Below, piece after piece: positions 13,902-16,832 of a DNA stretch of 16,832 nucleotides. The stretch is from Vulcanimicrobiota bacterium (GTDB taxonomy: Bacteria > Vulcanimicrobiota > Vulcanimicrobiia > Vulcanimicrobiales > Vulcanimicrobiaceae). The position numbers and the translations under genes were made by a program. The stretch covers positions 374-17,205 of the forward strand of contig PKZK01000014.1 in NCBI GenBank assembly GCA_003133025.1, read 5' to 3'. The notes under the pieces are model-generated. The model saw only the letters and a list, made by a program, of their open reading frames with translations, was not told the origin of the DNA and did no database searches. Numbering within the stretch: the stretch's first letter is position 1; every line of letters begins with the position of its first letter.

Positions 13902-15316
13902 TGCCCGACGCGGTTTCGAGCCAGCAACTCGCGATCGACTTCGCCTATCTCGTGACCGGGGTCTGCTTCATTCTGGGCTTGCGCTATCTGAGCAACCCGA
14001 AGACGGCGCGCCTGGGGAACACGATCTCGATGGCGGGCATGGCGATCGCGCTGATCGCCACGGGCTTCAACCTCGACTTTACGGCCGCGTGGTGGATCTT
14101 GCTCGTCGGCGCGGGCGTGGGCGCGGCGGTCGGCATCTACTCCGCACGCGCGGTGAAGATGACCGCGATGCCGCAGATGGTCGCGCTCTTCAACGGCGCA
14201 GGCGGCGGCGCCGCGGCGATGGTCGCAACGGCCGAATATCTCGGCGCGCTCGACGATCCGTCGCGGCTCACCTGGGACTTCACGCTGGCCACGGTGCTCT
14301 CGAGCGTGATCGGCGCGATCAGCTTCACCGGCAGCATCGTCGCGTTCTTGAAACTTCAGGAGTTGATGACCGGCCGTCCGATCACGTATCCGGGCCAGCA
14401 AGTCGTCAACGCGCTGATCGCGCTCGCGATCGTCGTCGGCGCGGGCCTGGTGATCGCCAACTACGACGCGCTGCCCGCGTACTTCGTGGCGCTCGGCGCG
14501 GCGGCGCTCCTCGGCGTGCTCTTCGTGCTGCCGATCGGCGGCGCCGACATGCCGGTCATCATCTCGCTGCTCAATTCGTTCACCGGACTCGCGGCGGCCA
14601 TGACCGGCTTCGTGCTGGGCAACAACGTCTTGATCATCAGCGGCGCGCTCGTCGGCGCGTCGGGCACGCTGCTGACCACGCTGATGGGCAAAGCCATGAA
14701 CCGCTCCATCACCAACGTGCTCTTCGGCGCCTTCGGCAGCGTGCAATCGAGCACCGCGGGCGAAGGCGGCACGGGCGGCAGCGGCACCGTGCGCGAGGCC
14801 ACCGTCGACGACGTCGCCACGATGCTCGCCTACGCGAAGCAAGTGGTGGTGGTGCCGGGCTACGGCATGGCCGTGGCGCAGGCGCAGCACAGCGTGCGCG
14901 AACTCGCCGATCAGTTGGAGAAGCACGGCGTGACGGTCAAGTACGCGATCCACCCGGTCGCGGGCCGCATGCCGGGTCACATGAACGTGCTCCTCGCCGA
15001 AGCCAACGTCCCGTATCCCGCGCTGTACGACATGGAAGACATCAATCCCGAATTCCCGCGCACCGACGTGGCGCTGATCATCGGCGCCAACGACGTGACC
15101 AATCCCGCCGCGCGCAACGTGCCTTCGAGCCCGATCTACGGCATGCCCATCCTCGACGTCGACAAGTCGCACAACGTCGTCGTGCTCAAGCGCTCGATGA
15201 AGCCCGGCTTCGCGGGCATCGACAACCCGCTCTACGAGCTGCCCAACACGATGATGCTCTTCGGCGACGCCAAATCGTCGATCGACAAGCTCGTCGGCGC
15301 GGTCAAGGCGCTGTAG
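13901..15316 (+). CDS. pntB: NAD(P) transhydrogenase subunit beta
   Basis: MTAMPQMVALFNG, IGGADMPVIISLLNS, VPGYGMAVAQAQH, IHPVAGRMPGHMNVLLAEA, GANDVTNPAA, MLFGDAK. TGATG coupling. Confidence 0.98.
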   Translation: MPDAVSSQQLAIDFAYLVTGVCFILGLRYLSNPKTARLGNTISMAGMAIALIATGFNLDFTAAWWILLVGAGVGAAVGIYSARAVKMTAMPQMVALFNGAGGGAAAMVATAEYLGALDDPSRLTWDFTLATVLSSVIGAISFTGSIVAFLKLQELMTGRPITYPGQQVVNALIALAIVVGAGLVIANYDALPAYFVALGAAALLGVLFVLPIGGADMPVIISLLNSFTGLAAAMTGFVLGNNVLIISGALVGASGTLLTTLMGKAMNRSITNVLFGAFGSVQSSTAGEGGTGGSGTVREATVDDVATMLAYAKQVVVVPGYGMAVAQAQHSVRELADQLEKHGVTVKYAIHPVAGRMPGHMNVLLAEANVPYPALYDMEDINPEFPRTDVALIIGANDVTNPAARNVPSSPIYGMPILDVDKSHNVVVLKRSMKPGFAGIDNPLYELPNTMMLFGDAKSSIDKLVGAVKAL

Positions 15317-15400
15317 CGCAACTATCGGTCAGCGGCCGGATACCGTTGGGGCCTCGCGCGCAAACGAACGCTGCTCGATACCGAGCGCGCGACGAAGCCG

Positions 15401-16832
15401 CTATGAGCCCGAGGCACCGCCGCTCGCCGTCCAGAGCCTGCGACGCAGGATCTCGCCCGCAACCGCATCGCCCACGAAGGTCGCGCCCTGCGGCGAGAGG
15501 TGGATGTCGCGCATGTTGTAGAGCGGCACGCGGCTCGCCGACGCCTCGAACTCTTCCATCGGTTGTTGCAACGCGAACACCGGCACGCCGATCGCAGAAA
15601 ACTGCTTGACGACCTGGTGCGCGCGATCGTTGTCCTGTTCGAAGGCCAGCGCGGTCACCTGGCCGTCGTTGAACGCTCCGATCTCCGGAACTTCGTTGAG
15701 CGACACCGCGCGCGCGGGCGGAATCAGCACGACGAGCAGGCGCGTTCCGCGCTTGGCGAGATCGCTTTGTAGAACGCGTAACCGTTGCGCGGCGACCTTC
15801 TGCCAATCGCCGCCGCCCGAGGCGCCCCACTCGTGGGTGAGCGTGATGTCGTCGATCAGGAGCACGACGAGATCTGTCTGGCCGTCGCCGAGATTTTCGT
15901 GCACGAAGCTCAACTGCTGCGAGATGGAAGTGCCGTCGAGCCGCACGGTGCTCACGTACGGCGCGCGGCCGACCGTCGAGCGCGCGGCTTTGAGCCCCGC
16001 TTCGATCCGGCCGGCGATCGACTCGGGCCAGAGCACGCCCCAAAAATCGAACGAGTCGCCGACGACCGCAACGCGATACGTGTCCTTCGGCCCGCTCAGA
16101 CCTGCGAGGTCGGGCCCGACCGGTCCGCGCGGGTCGACGCCGGCGATCGTGCGCACGCGACGGTTGCCCGCGTCGGTGAAGATCAGCGTGCCGTCGGCCA
16201 TGCGCGCGATGCCGAGCGGAATATTGACGCGCGACGCGGGCGTGAAGCCGTCGGCGAATCCGCCGACCGCGCCGTCGCCTTCGCGCGAACGCCCGGCGAT
16301 GATGCGCGAGGTGATGTAATTGCTATAGGGCCCATCCTTGAAGCGTACGAAGCGTACCACGTCGTGCAGCACGTCGGTCACCGCGACGGCGTGCGGCCCG
16401 AGCAGCGCAACGCCGTAGAAACTGCCCGCGGCGTTGAGGCCGTCTTCGACCGGTTCGATGGGATCGCCGGCGGCGATCGTCTGCAGTCCGCCGTTCGCGG
16501 ACCAGAGATGCAGTGCGCCGTCCTCGGTATAGGCGATGGTCAGCCCGCGCCCCGCTCCCTTGACGTCGATGGCGAGCACGCGACCCCGTCTGGCGGGGAG
16601 AAACTTCAGCGTGCTAACGGCGCCCTTCGGTGTGATGCGCCGTACGCCGTTGCCGAAGTCGGCCACGTACAAGTTGCCGTCGGCGTCGAAGGCCAGGCCT
16701 TGCGGCGAGAGAAACGACGCATCCCCGCGGTCGCCGTCGCGGCTGCCCGGCGTGTCGGAGCCCGCGAAGGTCGTCACATAGCCGTTTTGCAGTTTGCGTA
16801 TGCAATGATTGCCGGTGTCGGCGATGAAGAGG
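15401..16832 (-). CDS. NHL-repeat beta-propeller fused to an SGNH/GDSL-like domain (5' end outside the window)
   Basis: Frame is open to the edge (LFIADTGNHCIRKL). NHL repeats PQGLAFDADGNLYVADFGN and PLGIARMADGTLIFTDAGNRRVR. C-terminal RVAVVGDSF...DLVVL...RDIHLSPQG. Confidence 0.85.
   Translation of the reverse strand, partial: LFIADTGNHCIRKLQNGYVTTFAGSDTPGSRDGDRGDASFLSPQGLAFDADGNLYVADFGNGVRRITPKGAVSTLKFLPARRGRVLAIDVKGAGRGLTIAYTEDGALHLWSANGGLQTIAAGDPIEPVEDGLNAAGSFYGVALLGPHAVAVTDVLHDVVRFVRFKDGPYSNYITSRIIAGRSREGDGAVGGFADGFTPASRVNIPLGIARMADGTLIFTDAGNRRVRTIAGVDPRGPVGPDLAGLSGPKDTYRVAVVGDSFDFWGVLWPESIAGRIEAGLKAARSTVGRAPYVSTVRLDGTSISQQLSFVHENLGDGQTDLVVLLIDDITLTHEWGASGGGDWQKVAAQRLRVLQSDLAKRGTRLLVVLIPPARAVSLNEVPEIGAFNDGQVTALAFEQDNDRAHQVVKQFSAIGVPVFALQQPMEEFEASASRVPLYNMRDIHLSPQGATFVGDAVAGEILRRRLWTASGGASGS

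Noticed and set aside
12451..15316. Split alpha subunit, and Asn in place of E. coli beta-His91, as novelties
   Set aside because: Both are known from Rhodospirillum rubrum/Thermus-type transhydrogenases.
15317..15400. Short inverted repeats between pntB and the convergent NHL gene
   Set aside because: Stems are short (GCTCG/CGAGC) or widely spaced and lack a U-tract, so no terminator or sRNA is called.
13823..15609. Long ORFs 13823-15172 (-) and 14089-15609 (+)
   Set aside because: Shadow frames of pntB with Arg/His-rich composition and no motifs.

Overview
GC-rich bacterial chromosomal DNA, densely coding, with no rRNA, tRNA, CRISPR array or mobile element that I can see. Protein style is reminiscent of Ca. 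Eremiobacterota/Vulcanimicrobiota, but that is an unverified impression. Left to right: (i) a minus-strand, apparently translationally coupled unit of a DUF4352-like lipoprotein, a truncated alpha-2-macroglobulin-like protein with no thioester domain, and polA (cut by the window edge); (ii) a divergent secreted TonB-C-like protein, then nitroreductase, a 66-aa Cys/His zinc-finger-like protein, an FAH-family hydrolase and a NitT/TauT ABC ATPase plus permease; (iii) a minus-strand cassette of two small paralogous helical proteins and a TrkA/RCK K+ channel, lying between the permease and its likely Tat-exported binding protein; (iv) a DUF4267-like membrane protein; (v) the three-gene transhydrogenase pntAA-pntAB-pntB; (vi) a partial NHL-repeat/SGNH fusion. 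Most notable: a duplicated bipartite element ACCGCTAAGGAA-N14-GAGAAC upstream of both small paralogues, with weaker sigmaH-like versions 9-10 nt before three other start codons; a signal-peptide-deleted paralogue coupled to the K+ channel; two genes that appear to need non-canonical ATA/ATC starts; and the half-macroglobulin/polA operon.
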